Below are positions 48,118 through 57,687 of a DNA stretch of 64,000 nt, in pieces. The position numbers were made by a program, and so were the translations under genes. Each line of letters starts with the position of its first letter. The first letter of the stretch is position 1. The stretch is from a virus (taxonomy: Duplodnaviria > Caudoviricetes), in IMG/VR virus record IMGVR_UViG_2806310979_000001, positions 32,001-96,000 of that record, one strand, 5' to 3'. The notes under the pieces were generated by a model. The model was not told where the DNA came from, did no database searches, and worked only from the letters and a program-made list of their open reading frames with translations.

Positions 48118-49354
48118 AATAGCAGACCTTATCCCGGCTTCCTATAATCCGAGGAAGAAGTTAAAACCGGGCGATAAGGAATATGAAAAAATCAAGAACT
48201 CCATTAAAGAGTTCGGGTATGTCGAGCCGATCATCATCAACTCAGACATGACCATTATTGGAGGCCACCAGAGAGCTACGGTTCTTGCAGACCTCGGATA
48301 CACGGAAGTGGAATGTATCGTGGTCGATATCGACAAGACCAAGGAGAAGGCACTCAATGTTGCCCTCAATAAAATTACGGGCGAATGGAACAAAGAACTT
48401 CTGGCTGATCTCATCAAAGACCTTGAGGATTCGGATTTTGATGTCGGCATCACGGGCTTTGAACCGCCGGAGATCGAACAGCTTTTTAATTCCGTGCATG
48501 ATAAGAAGATCACGGAAGATGACTTCGATGTGGAAGCGGAGCTTGCAAAGCCGACCGTGGCAAAGACAGGGGATGTATGGCTGCTTGGAAAGCACCGTGT
48601 CATCTGCGGTGATTCCATCTTGCCGGAAACCTACGAAAGGCTGATGGATGGACGGAAAGCAAATCTTGTCCTGACTGACCCGCCATACAATGTAAATGTC
48701 GAGGAGACGGCCGGCAAGATCAAAAATGACAACATGCCGGATGAGGATTTCTATAAGTTCCTGTTTGCTGCATTTGTAAATATGGAGCAGTCAATGGAAC
48801 AGGATGCTTCCATTTATGTATTCCATGCGGATACAGAGGGGCTGAATTTCAGAAAGGCATTCAAGGATGCCGGATTTTACCTTTCCGGGTGCTGCATCTG
48901 GAAGAAGAACGCACTGGTCCTTGGAAGAAGCCCGTACCAGTGGCAGCACGAGCCGTGTCTGTTCGGATGGAAGAAAGGCGGGAAGCACCAGTGGTATTCC
49001 GACAGGAAGCAGACCACCATCTGGGAATATAACCGTCCGAAGGCAAGCAAGGACCATCCGACCATGAAGCCTGTGGCGCTTATGGCATATCCAATCCAGA
49101 ACTCCTGCAAGAGCAACTGCATCGTGCTTGATCCGTTCCTTGGTTCCGGCACTACGCTGGTCGCCTGTGAGCAGACACACCGTATCTGCTATGGCATCGA
49201 ACTGGATGAGAAGTTTGTGGATGTGATCGTAAACCGCTACATTGAACAGTGCGGTTCGGATGCGGATGTATTTGTCATCCGTGACGATATGAAAATTTCA
49301 TATCAGCAATTATGCAGGGGAGGGCAGTACAATGAAACAGATGACCTTCCTTGA
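48098..49354 (+). CDS. ParB-N fused N6A/N4C DNA methyltransferase
   Basis: YNPRK, IIGGHQR; TDPPYN; HPTMKPV; LDPFLGSGTT. Confidence 0.93.
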   Translation: MQFQSYKIADLIPASYNPRKKLKPGDKEYEKIKNSIKEFGYVEPIIINSDMTIIGGHQRATVLADLGYTEVECIVVDIDKTKEKALNVALNKITGEWNKELLADLIKDLEDSDFDVGITGFEPPEIEQLFNSVHDKKITEDDFDVEAELAKPTVAKTGDVWLLGKHRVICGDSILPETYERLMDGRKANLVLTDPPYNVNVEETAGKIKNDNMPDEDFYKFLFAAFVNMEQSMEQDASIYVFHADTEGLNFRKAFKDAGFYLSGCCIWKKNALVLGRSPYQWQHEPCLFGWKKGGKHQWYSDRKQTTIWEYNRPKASKDHPTMKPVALMAYPIQNSCKSNCIVLDPFLGSGTTLVACEQTHRICYGIELDEKFVDVIVNRYIEQCGSDADVFVIRDDMKISYQQLCRGGQYNETDDLP

Positions 49355-50600
49355 TCTATGTTCCGGCATCGGCGGCTTCAGGCTCGGTCTTGAAACTGCC
49401 GGCCATAAATGCATCGGGTACTGTGAATATGATAAATTTGCAAGAGCCTCATATGAGGCAATGTATGATACGGAAGGAGAGTGGAAAGCTCATGATGTCA
49501 CAAAACTCAAACCCGAAGATGTCCCCTATGCAGACATCTGGTGCTTCGGATTTCCATGCCAGGACATCTCCGTTGCCGGAAAACAGCGGGGACTGGTCGG
49601 AAAAAGAAGTGGAATATATTACAACATTATTGACCTCCTCAAAGGCAAAGAGGAAAGTGCTAAACCCTCATACCTACTTGTTGAGAACGTTAAGAACCTG
49701 TTATCGATCAATGCAGGATTCGACTTTGCCTCAGTTCTGTCTGAAATGGACGAAGCAGGGTATGACTGTCGGTGGCAGGTGCTTAACTCCAAAAACTTCG
49801 GAGTCCCGCAGAACCGTGAGCGTGTGTTCATTATCGCAAATCTTAGAAGCAGAGGTAGACGAGAAATATTACCTCTCACCGGAGAAAACGCAGCAGCTCT
49901 TAACCAGCTTATAGGAGGTATGCAGGGCTACCGTGTTTATGGGACGGACGGCATTTCCGCAACCCTTGTGGGGAATGCGGGCGGTGTCGGGGCCAAGACG
50001 GGTCTTTACTTCATCGACCAGAGCAACCATGATCCGAAGATCACGGATACGGCAAGATGCCTGACAGCGAGGTACACAGCCGGGATGACCAACCATACCG
50101 CCATGAACTCAGCCGTGCTGGAAGTCCACCCGGTGCTTACACCGGAGCGGATGGAGAAACGGCAGAACGGAAGACGGATGAAAGAGGACGGAGAGCCGAT
50201 GTTCACCCTGACCTCTCAGGACAGGCACGGTGTGTATGTCTGTGAAAAGGTGGATTTCGTCAAAGTAAAAAATGCCACGAAGGCAGGATATGAAGTGGCA
50301 CGGGAAGGGGACGGTATCAACCTTGCCTACCCAGACAGTGAGACAAGAAGGGGACGGGTCGGAAAAGGATGCTCCCAGACACTGGACTGTTCCGGGCAGA
50401 TGGGAACGCTCATGAGGGGCGGCCGCATCAGACGGCTGACTCCGAGGGAGTGCTTCCGCTTACAGGGATTTTCTGATGAGCTTTTTGACCGTGCCTCTGC
50501 CGTCAACTCTGCTGCACAGCTTTATAAACAGGCCGGAAATGCAGTCACCGCAACGGTTGCTTATGCGGTTGCGATGTCACTTCCGGAGTCCAGAAGCTGA
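49332..50600 (+). CDS. Orphan DNA cytosine-5 methyltransferase
   Basis: DLCSGIGG, GFPCQD, ENV, FGVPQNRER, TPRECFRLQGF, QAGNAV. Confidence 0.94.
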   Translation: MKQMTFLDLCSGIGGFRLGLETAGHKCIGYCEYDKFARASYEAMYDTEGEWKAHDVTKLKPEDVPYADIWCFGFPCQDISVAGKQRGLVGKRSGIYYNIIDLLKGKEESAKPSYLLVENVKNLLSINAGFDFASVLSEMDEAGYDCRWQVLNSKNFGVPQNRERVFIIANLRSRGRREILPLTGENAAALNQLIGGMQGYRVYGTDGISATLVGNAGGVGAKTGLYFIDQSNHDPKITDTARCLTARYTAGMTNHTAMNSAVLEVHPVLTPERMEKRQNGRRMKEDGEPMFTLTSQDRHGVYVCEKVDFVKVKNATKAGYEVAREGDGINLAYPDSETRRGRVGKGCSQTLDCSGQMGTLMRGGRIRRLTPRECFRLQGFSDELFDRASAVNSAAQLYKQAGNAVTATVAYAVAMSLPESRS

Positions 50601-50635
50601 CATTACATTTTCTTTTGGAAAGTACCATTATCTGC

Positions 50636-50674
50636 TTGACTATACGGGCATTCAGAGTGATATATGGTACTACC
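50636..50674 (+). promoter_or_regulatory. Putative promoter, recurring AGAGTGATATAT motif (copy 2)
   Basis: TTGACT-N12-AGAGTGA-TATATGGTACTAC. Confidence 0.65.
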
Positions 50675-50696
50675 AAAAGGAAAGGAGACCAGCAGA

Positions 50697-51479
50697 ATGG
50701 AAATTATTACAAACGCTGAGAACAGGAAAGAATTAGTAAAAGCCTTATCCGGACATTTCGGACAGAGGTCAGAATACCTTGGACCGCCATCCTTTGCATA
50801 CCGCATCGGGAGCATCACGGTGGACAGGGATGCAAAGGTCATACTTGAAGATGACAGCATGGAAGACGAGGTGAGAAGAGTGCTTTTCCGGAATGATGTG
50901 GCAGAAGAGACACAGGAAACACAGACGAAAGAACCGGAAGCGGAGATCAAAATACCAATCGGCAGCATGACACCACAGGGCATCATCAACCTGATAAATA
51001 TGATGCATTCCAAACAGTACCTTATCAACAGGGCAGTCGGCAGGGAGTGCATTTCCATAGCAGACAGCCTTATAAATGCCCTGACCGAAAGAACTTTCGA
51101 AGATACGGAGACGGCAGCAGGGTTCATTACGGAACAGGGCGGATGCAGCGGTGTCACCTTTGCAGACGGGATCATTGAGTTCACGGGATTTCCGCATACC
51201 GATAACATGACGGAATACTGCAGACTTGCATCGGCAATGGTAAAGAAAGCATCGGAACAGAAACGTGTGAATCCGAAACAGACCATTGAAGAGAATGAAA
51301 AATATTACATGAGGGCATGGCTGGTATCCATCGGATTTGGCGGGAGCGAAGGAAAGGAAACAAGGTCATTCTTTCTTAAGGGACTGAAAGGCCATACGGC
51401 ATTCCGGACTCCGGAAGATGCGAAAAAGTGGAAAGCCAACCGTCGGGCAGAAAGGGGGTCAACGGTATGTTCGGAGTAA
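50697..51479 (+). CDS. Conserved phage hypothetical protein; C-terminus resembles amidoligase C-terminal segment
   Basis: RKELV.AL, YLGPPSFAY; NEKYYMRAWLVSIGFGG...G.TAFR parallels NPKYAMRTWLLRLGFIG...GDTAFR in 52580-53527. Confidence 0.75.
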   Translation: MEIITNAENRKELVKALSGHFGQRSEYLGPPSFAYRIGSITVDRDAKVILEDDSMEDEVRRVLFRNDVAEETQETQTKEPEAEIKIPIGSMTPQGIINLINMMHSKQYLINRAVGRECISIADSLINALTERTFEDTETAAGFITEQGGCSGVTFADGIIEFTGFPHTDNMTEYCRLASAMVKKASEQKRVNPKQTIEENEKYYMRAWLVSIGFGGSEGKETRSFFLKGLKGHTAFRTPEDAKKWKANRRAERGSTVCSE

Positions 51480-51694
51480 ACAGACAGACACTTGAGAGAC
51501 TGAGAAAGGAATATCCTGCGGGGACCAGGGTGGAGCTTATCCGCCTTGATGACCCCTACCGAAAGATCCCGTCAGGAACCATCGGAACGGTGGAATTTGT
51601 GGATGATGCAGGACAGCTCCACACGGTATGGGACGGACACGGGGCATTGGCGATGATCTATGGAGTGGATGAATGGAGAAAGGTAAAAGACTGA
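51467..51694 (+). CDS. DUF4314 protein
   Basis: YPAGTRVELI..DDPY...GT.GTV..VDDAG.LH..WD.G. Confidence 0.85.
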   Translation: MFGVNRQTLERLRKEYPAGTRVELIRLDDPYRKIPSGTIGTVEFVDDAGQLHTVWDGHGALAMIYGVDEWRKVKD

Positions 51695-51873
51695 TGGATA
51701 AGATTGTGACAGTATGTTATGGAAAAGAAGAATCATGGGAATCAAAAGAAGCTGCGGAGCAGTTCTTCCTTCGAGCCATGATGGAATCGGATGGCAGCGA
51801 AAGGGAACGCTATACAAATATCTACATAAAACTGCAGATGGGGATGACCTTCTGCACAGATGAAGAATTTTAA
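51694..51873 (+). CDS. Small phage hypothetical protein
   Basis: VCYG, SDGSERERY.NIY; overlapping stop/start. Confidence 0.7.
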   Translation: MDKIVTVCYGKEESWESKEAAEQFFLRAMMESDGSERERYTNIYIKLQMGMTFCTDEEF

Positions 51874-51887
51874 AAGGGGAGAATGAA

Positions 51888-52457
51888 GTGAAAGAAGTCA
51901 GAGGAAAGCTGATGGCATTGATGAAAAAGCATCAGATGGATATAACGGAATTTTCGGAAAAATGTGGAATAAAGGAAGAACGGGTGGAACGGCTGCTTGG
52001 AGGCAGGGGAAAACCCAGCCATTTGGAGCGGATGTGTATCGCAGAAGCTTTTGGGATGACAGAGGAAGAGTTACAGGATATAGAACCGCTTTCTCAGACA
52101 GAGGTCAGGGAGGTGCAGACAGATGGCATTGAAAAAGTGATCGCAGAACGGCTTCAGGAGATCGTAAAGATTCATGGGATTGGAATTCCTGAACTTGCAG
52201 AACGATGTGGTTTAAAAAGACAGAGAGCAAAGAAACTTATGAATGGTGAAGTTAAGATGAGCATTGCAGAAGCAGTCAGCATCGCCAATGAATTTCAGGT
52301 CTCTTTGGAATATCTGTTAGGAAGATATCCATATCCGCTGCCAGCACCACAGACAGATGAAGAATGGTTGCTGTACGAAAAACTCGGACAAATGGATGAA
52401 AATGAAGCTCAGAAATATTTAGAAATGATGATGCCGATGAAAAGGGACTTGCCATAA
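51888..52457 (+). CDS. Tandem double XRE-HTH protein
   Basis: Two HTH units: EFSEKCGIKEERVERLLGG and ELAERCGLKRQRAKKLMNG...VSLEYLLG. Confidence 0.8.
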   Translation: MKEVRGKLMALMKKHQMDITEFSEKCGIKEERVERLLGGRGKPSHLERMCIAEAFGMTEEELQDIEPLSQTEVREVQTDGIEKVIAERLQEIVKIHGIGIPELAERCGLKRQRAKKLMNGEVKMSIAEAVSIANEFQVSLEYLLGRYPYPLPAPQTDEEWLLYEKLGQMDENEAQKYLEMMMPMKRDLP

Positions 52458-52579
52458 TTTACACAGGTTTCGGAACAAATCTTTGTGTAGTTTATGGCTC
52501 ACATATAACTGGATATATGTGTGTTTTAGAGCGAATATGTACCTACCGAAAGGGAAGAAAACAAACGGAGGTACAAGCC

Positions 52580-53527
52580 ATGAACGAAAGGATTACAAAG
52601 CAGATCGAGGAAATGAAGAAACAGACCATCGGGGTCGAGGTTGAGATGAATAACATCCGAAGGGATAAGGCTGCAGAACTTGCAGCGGCATTCTTCGGAA
52701 CAGGAAGATTTGAAAACACGGCTTCCAGAAACGGATATTATACATGGTCCGCATGGGATGCAAGCGGAAGGGAATGGAAATTCCAGAAGGATGTCAGCAT
52801 TGCGGGATCGGATGATAAAAAATGCGAGCTGGTCACACCGATCCTTCACTACGAAGACATCGAACTTCTTCAGGAACTGATAAGAAAGCTCAGACATGCG
52901 GGAGCCAAGAGTGATGCAACAAGGGGATGCGGAGTCCACATCCACATCGGAGCAAATGGACACACACCCCAGACTTTACGAAATCTTGCAAACATCATGG
53001 CGGGACACGAGAACCTTTTAGCGGATGCCTTAAACCTCGACAGCTGGCGGATGAACCGCTACTGCAAAACGGTAGACCCAAGATTCCTTAAGGAACTCAA
53101 TAAAAAGAAACCAAAAACGATGGCAGCCCTTGCAGACATCTGGTACACGGCAAACGGGGCAAGCTACGGAAGAGACCACCATTACAATGACAGCCGATAC
53201 CATATGTTAAACTACCATGCAACATTCACAAAGGGAACGGTCGAGTTCAGACTTTTCCAATTTGATGCCCCGGCTGACGGAAAGCTGAACGGACTGCATG
53301 CGGGACAGCTGAAAAGCTACATCCAGCTCTGCCTTGCCTTAAGCCAGATGGCAAAGGAAGTAAGGACGGCAAGCCCGAAACCGCAGCAGACAGAAAATCC
53401 GAAATATGCAATGAGGACTTGGCTTTTACGCCTCGGATTCATCGGGGATGAATTCAAGACCGCAAGGGACATCCTTACAAAGAGACTTGCAGGAGACACT
53501 GCTTTCAGAAGCGGAAGAGCTGCTTGA
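52580..53527 (+). CDS. Putative amidoligase (Amidoligase_2, COOH-NH2 ligase type 2)
   Basis: IGVEVEM, D.SI, ELVTPIL, CGVHIH, RYHMLN, TVEFR. Confidence 0.9.
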   Translation: MNERITKQIEEMKKQTIGVEVEMNNIRRDKAAELAAAFFGTGRFENTASRNGYYTWSAWDASGREWKFQKDVSIAGSDDKKCELVTPILHYEDIELLQELIRKLRHAGAKSDATRGCGVHIHIGANGHTPQTLRNLANIMAGHENLLADALNLDSWRMNRYCKTVDPRFLKELNKKKPKTMAALADIWYTANGASYGRDHHYNDSRYHMLNYHATFTKGTVEFRLFQFDAPADGKLNGLHAGQLKSYIQLCLALSQMAKEVRTASPKPQQTENPKYAMRTWLLRLGFIGDEFKTARDILTKRLAGDTAFRSGRAA

Positions 53528-53619
53528 AGAGAACAGCCTCCTGCCACCTTGGAGCATTGACCGCCATGTGCGGTCTTAAGGTGGTAGAAGGGTGTTCCCT
53601 TCAGAAAGGATGGAGCATT

Positions 53620-54093
53620 ATGGAGAAAAGATATTACATTGCTTATGGCAGCAACCTGAATTTACGGCAGATGAAAATGCGTTGTCCGACCGCAAAGGTC
53701 ATGGGGACTGCGGTCATCAAGGATTACGAACTGCTTTTCAAGGGAAGCCTTACAGGGGCATACCTTACGATTGAGCCGAAGAAAGGCAGTGAGGTTCCCG
53801 TTGCGGTCTGGACCGTTACCGAAGCAGATGAAGAGGCACTTGACCGTTATGAAGGATGCCCTGTTTTTTATTACAAAAAGGATATGGAACTGGATATCAA
53901 GGGAATACGGACAGGAAAAATAAGAAAAAGAAAATGCTTTGTGTATATCATGCACGAAGAGCGGAAAATCGGGATTCCTTCCCTTTCCTATGTAAGAACA
54001 TGCCTTGAAGGTTATATCAGTTTCGGATTTGATGAGCATTATCTTTCCGAGGCACAGATCAGGGCGGTGAAGGAGGCAGGATATGAAGACTGA
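53620..54093 (+). CDS. Gamma-glutamylcyclotransferase (AIG2-like)
   Basis: YIAYGSNL, QM..RCP.A, LDRYEG.P..Y. Confidence 0.9.
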   Translation: MEKRYYIAYGSNLNLRQMKMRCPTAKVMGTAVIKDYELLFKGSLTGAYLTIEPKKGSEVPVAVWTVTEADEEALDRYEGCPVFYYKKDMELDIKGIRTGKIRKRKCFVYIMHEERKIGIPSLSYVRTCLEGYISFGFDEHYLSEAQIRAVKEAGYED

Positions 54094-54280
54094 AACATTA
54101 AGAATAAGGATCTGCCCGAAATGCGGGGCAGGATACACACGGACACCTGCCCTTTCAAGGGAAGATAACCAGACGCTTATCTGTCCAGACTGTGGAACCC
54201 GTGAGGCACTTGCAAGCATGGGCGTGAGCAGGGAAGAACAGGAAGAAATTATAGAGACCATACACAGGTCAAACAGATAG
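54083..54280 (+). CDS. Small Zn-ribbon protein
   Basis: CPKCG..Y...PALSR.DN...ICPDCG.REAL. Confidence 0.75.
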   Translation: MKTETLRIRICPKCGAGYTRTPALSREDNQTLICPDCGTREALASMGVSREEQEEIIETIHRSNR

Positions 54281-54290
54281 CGGTTATGTA

Positions 54291-54318
54291 AAAAGGCTTC
54301 TTCGGGAGTCTTTTTTTG
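54291..54318 (+). terminator. Intrinsic terminator
   Basis: AAAAGGCTTC-TTCG-GGAGTCTTTTTTT. Confidence 0.75.
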
Positions 54319-54346
54319 TTGCCATTTTTACAGGGAGGTGAGGACA

Positions 54347-54826
54347 GTGGCACAGAGAGGAAGAAAACCAAAGCCTACGGCAGTAAAGGTGCTTGAGGGC
54401 AATCCGGGCAAGAGAAGCCTTAATACGGGCGAACCAAAGCCGGAGAAAAAAGCCCCGCGCTGTCCGGCATGGCTTGAGGATGAGGCAAAGAAAGAATGGA
54501 GAAGGATGGCGAAACAGCTGGAGCATCTCGGCATCCTGACAGAAATAGATATGGCAGCATTCGCAGGATACTGTCAGGCATATGCGAGATGGAAAGAAGC
54601 AGAGGAGTTTATTACACAGCACGGGACCATCGTAAAGACCCCGAGCGGATACTGGCAGCAGGTACCGCAGGTATCCATCGCACAGACATATCTGAAGATT
54701 ATGAATAAGTTCTGTGAGCAGTTCGGACTGACCCCGTCTGCAAGAAGCCGTATCTCCACGGACAGCGGGGAAGATAAGCAGAATGATGAAATGGAGCTTC
54801 TGCTTGTGAAAGGCGGTGCAGGATAA
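54347..54826 (+). CDS. terS: Terminase small subunit (P27 family)
   Basis: RGRKPKPT..K.LEGNPGKR, P.WL..EAKKEW, FGLTPSARSRI. Confidence 0.93.
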   Translation: MAQRGRKPKPTAVKVLEGNPGKRSLNTGEPKPEKKAPRCPAWLEDEAKKEWRRMAKQLEHLGILTEIDMAAFAGYCQAYARWKEAEEFITQHGTIVKTPSGYWQQVPQVSIAQTYLKIMNKFCEQFGLTPSARSRISTDSGEDKQNDEMELLLVKGGAG

Positions 54827-56373
54827 TGTTTGATGAAGCAAAAGCAGATCATGCAGTCAATTTTATAAACTGCCTGAAACATACCAAAGGAAGGTGGAGG
54901 GGAGTTCCGTTTGAACTTCTCCCCTGGCAGGATGAGATCATCCGTACCCTTTATGGGACGGTAAAGGAAAACGGATACAGGCAATACAATACCTGCTACT
55001 GTGAGATACCGAAGAAAAACGGAAAATCGGAGCTGGCGGCTGCCATTGCACTGTATATGACATGCGGTGACGGTGAGTGGGGAGCAGAGGTCTACGGCTG
55101 TGCTTCCGACAGACAGCAGGCTTCCATCGTATTCGATGTTGCGGTGGATATGGTAGACCAGTGTCCGGCACTGAAGAAAAGGATCAAGCCCGTCATGTCC
55201 GTAAAAAGGCTTGTATATAAACCGACCAACAGCTTCTATCAGGTGCTGTCGGCAGAGGCGTACACCAAGCACGGTCTGAATGTCCATGCGGTCATCTTTG
55301 ATGAGCTGCATGCACAGCCGAACCGGGAACTGTTCGATGTCATGACCAAAGGTTCTGGTGATGCCAGAACACAGCCATTGTTCTTTCTGATCACAACAGC
55401 CGGGACAGACAGGAATTCCGTGTGTTTTGAACAGCATCAGAAGGCTCTGGATATTATTGAAGGAAGAAAGATCGACCCGACTTTTTATCCGGTAATTTAT
55501 GGGGCTTCTGATGAGGATGACTGGTCGAGTGAGGATGTGTGGTATAAGGCAAATCCGTCACTTGGATACACGATTGATATTGAGAAAGTGCAGAATGCAT
55601 ATATCAGTGCAAAAGAGAATGCGGCAGAGGAGAATGTGTTCCGGCAGCTCCGTCTGAATCAGTGGGTGAAACAGAGCACCCGGTGGATGCAGATGGATAA
55701 GTGGGATGCCTGTTCCTTTGCAGTGAATGAAGAGGAGCTTCTCGGAAGGGAATGCTATGGCGGACTCGACCTTTCAAGTTCTACGGATATCACGGCATTC
55801 GTGCTTGTGTTCCCACCAAGGAATGATACCGAGAAGTATGTGATCCTTCCGTATTTCTGGATACCGGAGGATAACATGAAACTGCGTGTACGAAGGGATC
55901 ATGTTCCGTATGATGTCTGGGCAGCCGAAGGGTGTTTAAAGACTACGGAAGGAAATGTCATCCATTATGGATTCATTGAGCAGTTTATTGATGAACTTGG
56001 TACGAAATTCCATATTAAGGAAATCGCCTTTGACCGATGGGGAGCAGTACAGATGGTGCAGAACCTTGAGGGCATGGGATTTACCGTTGTTCCATTTGGA
56101 CAGGGATATAAGGATATGAGTCCACCGACCAAGGAGCTGATGAAGCTGACGCTGGAAGGGCGGATCGCACATGGCGGTCATAAGGTGCTGCGGTGGATGA
56201 TGGATAATGTGTTTGTCCGTCAGGATCCCGCAGGAAACATCAAAATGGATAAAGAAAAATCTACGGAGAAGATCGATGGGGCTGTTGCAACCGTTATGGC
56301 ACTTGACCGTGCAATCAGAAACGAAGGCAGTGACGGAAGTGTATATGATGACAGAGGAATTATAGTATTTTAA
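54826..56373 (+). CDS. terL: Terminase large subunit
   Basis: LLPWQ, PKKNGKS, IFDELH, ITTAG, GGLDLS, FDRW, KIDGAVA. Confidence 0.96.
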   Translation: MFDEAKADHAVNFINCLKHTKGRWRGVPFELLPWQDEIIRTLYGTVKENGYRQYNTCYCEIPKKNGKSELAAAIALYMTCGDGEWGAEVYGCASDRQQASIVFDVAVDMVDQCPALKKRIKPVMSVKRLVYKPTNSFYQVLSAEAYTKHGLNVHAVIFDELHAQPNRELFDVMTKGSGDARTQPLFFLITTAGTDRNSVCFEQHQKALDIIEGRKIDPTFYPVIYGASDEDDWSSEDVWYKANPSLGYTIDIEKVQNAYISAKENAAEENVFRQLRLNQWVKQSTRWMQMDKWDACSFAVNEEELLGRECYGGLDLSSSTDITAFVLVFPPRNDTEKYVILPYFWIPEDNMKLRVRRDHVPYDVWAAEGCLKTTEGNVIHYGFIEQFIDELGTKFHIKEIAFDRWGAVQMVQNLEGMGFTVVPFGQGYKDMSPPTKELMKLTLEGRIAHGGHKVLRWMMDNVFVRQDPAGNIKMDKEKSTEKIDGAVATVMALDRAIRNEGSDGSVYDDRGIIVF

Positions 56374-56388
56374 CAGCGGAGGTATCGT

Positions 56389-57687
56389 ATGGGAATTAAG
56401 AGTTTATTTGGATTTGGACAGGCGAGGGATAAACCTGTGGACAAGGCAGCAGATGCGGGATATTCGTTTCTGTTCGGAAGGACAACAAGCGGAAAGCCTG
56501 TAAACGAAAGAACTGCAATGCAGACCACGGCAGTATATGCCTGTGTCAGAATCCTTGCAGAAGCAGTGGCGTCTTTACCGCTTCATGTATATGAGTATCA
56601 GGATGACGGTGGCAAGAAGCTGGTGCATGACCATCCTTTATATTATCTGCTCCATGACGAGCCGAACCCGGAGATGACTTCATTTGTGTTCAGGGAAACA
56701 CTGATGAGTCATCTTTTAATATGGGGAAATGCGTATGCCCAGATCATAAGGGACGGTGCTGGAAGGGTGCTTGGGCTTTATCCGCTCCTTCCAGATAAGA
56801 TGGATGTGCAGAGGGATGACCGTGGAAACATCTATTATGTGTATTCCAGAAACAGTGATGAAAACCCCATGTTCAAGGAATATGGAGATATCAGGCTGAA
56901 AGCCGAGGATGTGCTTCATATACCCGGATTGGGATTTGACGGGCTGATTGGATATTCTCCGATTGCGATGGCAAAGAACGCTGTCGGCATGACGCTTGCC
57001 TGTGAGGAATACGGGGCGAGTTTCTTTGCGAACGGGGCAAATCCGGGCGGTGTTTTGGAGCATCCGGGAGTTCTGAAAGATCCATCAAAGGTGAGGGAAT
57101 CCTGGAACTCCGTATACCGTGGCGTGAATAACGCACACAAGATAGCAGTGCTTGAAGAAGGCATGAAGTATCAGCAGATAGGCATCCCGCCGGAAGAAGC
57201 ACAGTTTCTTGAGACAAGGAAATTCCAGATCAATGAGATCGCAAGGCTTTACAGGATACCGCCGCATATGGTCGGTGATCTTGATAAGTCGAGCTTTTCC
57301 AATATCGAGCAGCAGTCCTTGGAGTTCGTAAAATACACACTTGACCCGTGGGTGATCCGGTGGGAGCAGTCTTTACAGAGATCACTCCTTCTGCCGGGAG
57401 AAAAAGGAAAGTATTTTATCAAACTGAATGTGGATGGTCTGCTGAGAGGGGACTACCAGTCAAGGATGAACGGCTATGCGGTCGGAAGGCAGAACGGGTG
57501 GTTTTCTGCCAATGATATCCGTGAGATGGAGAACATGAACCCAATCCCGGATGAGCAGGGAGGAAACCTGTATCTGATAAACGGAGCAATGACCAAACTT
57601 GAGGATGCAGGGGCTTTTGCAAAGACAGATACAGGACAGCAGAACACTCCGGCACAGGAAAACAGCGGAAAGAGAGGTAAACGATGA
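56389..57687 (+). CDS. Portal protein (HK97 family)
   Basis: AVYACVRIL, PNPEMT, WGNAY, VLHI, G.SPI, IARLYRIPP, SNIEQ. Confidence 0.96.
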   Translation: MGIKSLFGFGQARDKPVDKAADAGYSFLFGRTTSGKPVNERTAMQTTAVYACVRILAEAVASLPLHVYEYQDDGGKKLVHDHPLYYLLHDEPNPEMTSFVFRETLMSHLLIWGNAYAQIIRDGAGRVLGLYPLLPDKMDVQRDDRGNIYYVYSRNSDENPMFKEYGDIRLKAEDVLHIPGLGFDGLIGYSPIAMAKNAVGMTLACEEYGASFFANGANPGGVLEHPGVLKDPSKVRESWNSVYRGVNNAHKIAVLEEGMKYQQIGIPPEEAQFLETRKFQINEIARLYRIPPHMVGDLDKSSFSNIEQQSLEFVKYTLDPWVIRWEQSLQRSLLLPGEKGKYFIKLNVDGLLRGDYQSRMNGYAVGRQNGWFSANDIREMENMNPIPDEQGGNLYLINGAMTKLEDAGAFAKTDTGQQNTPAQENSGKRGKR

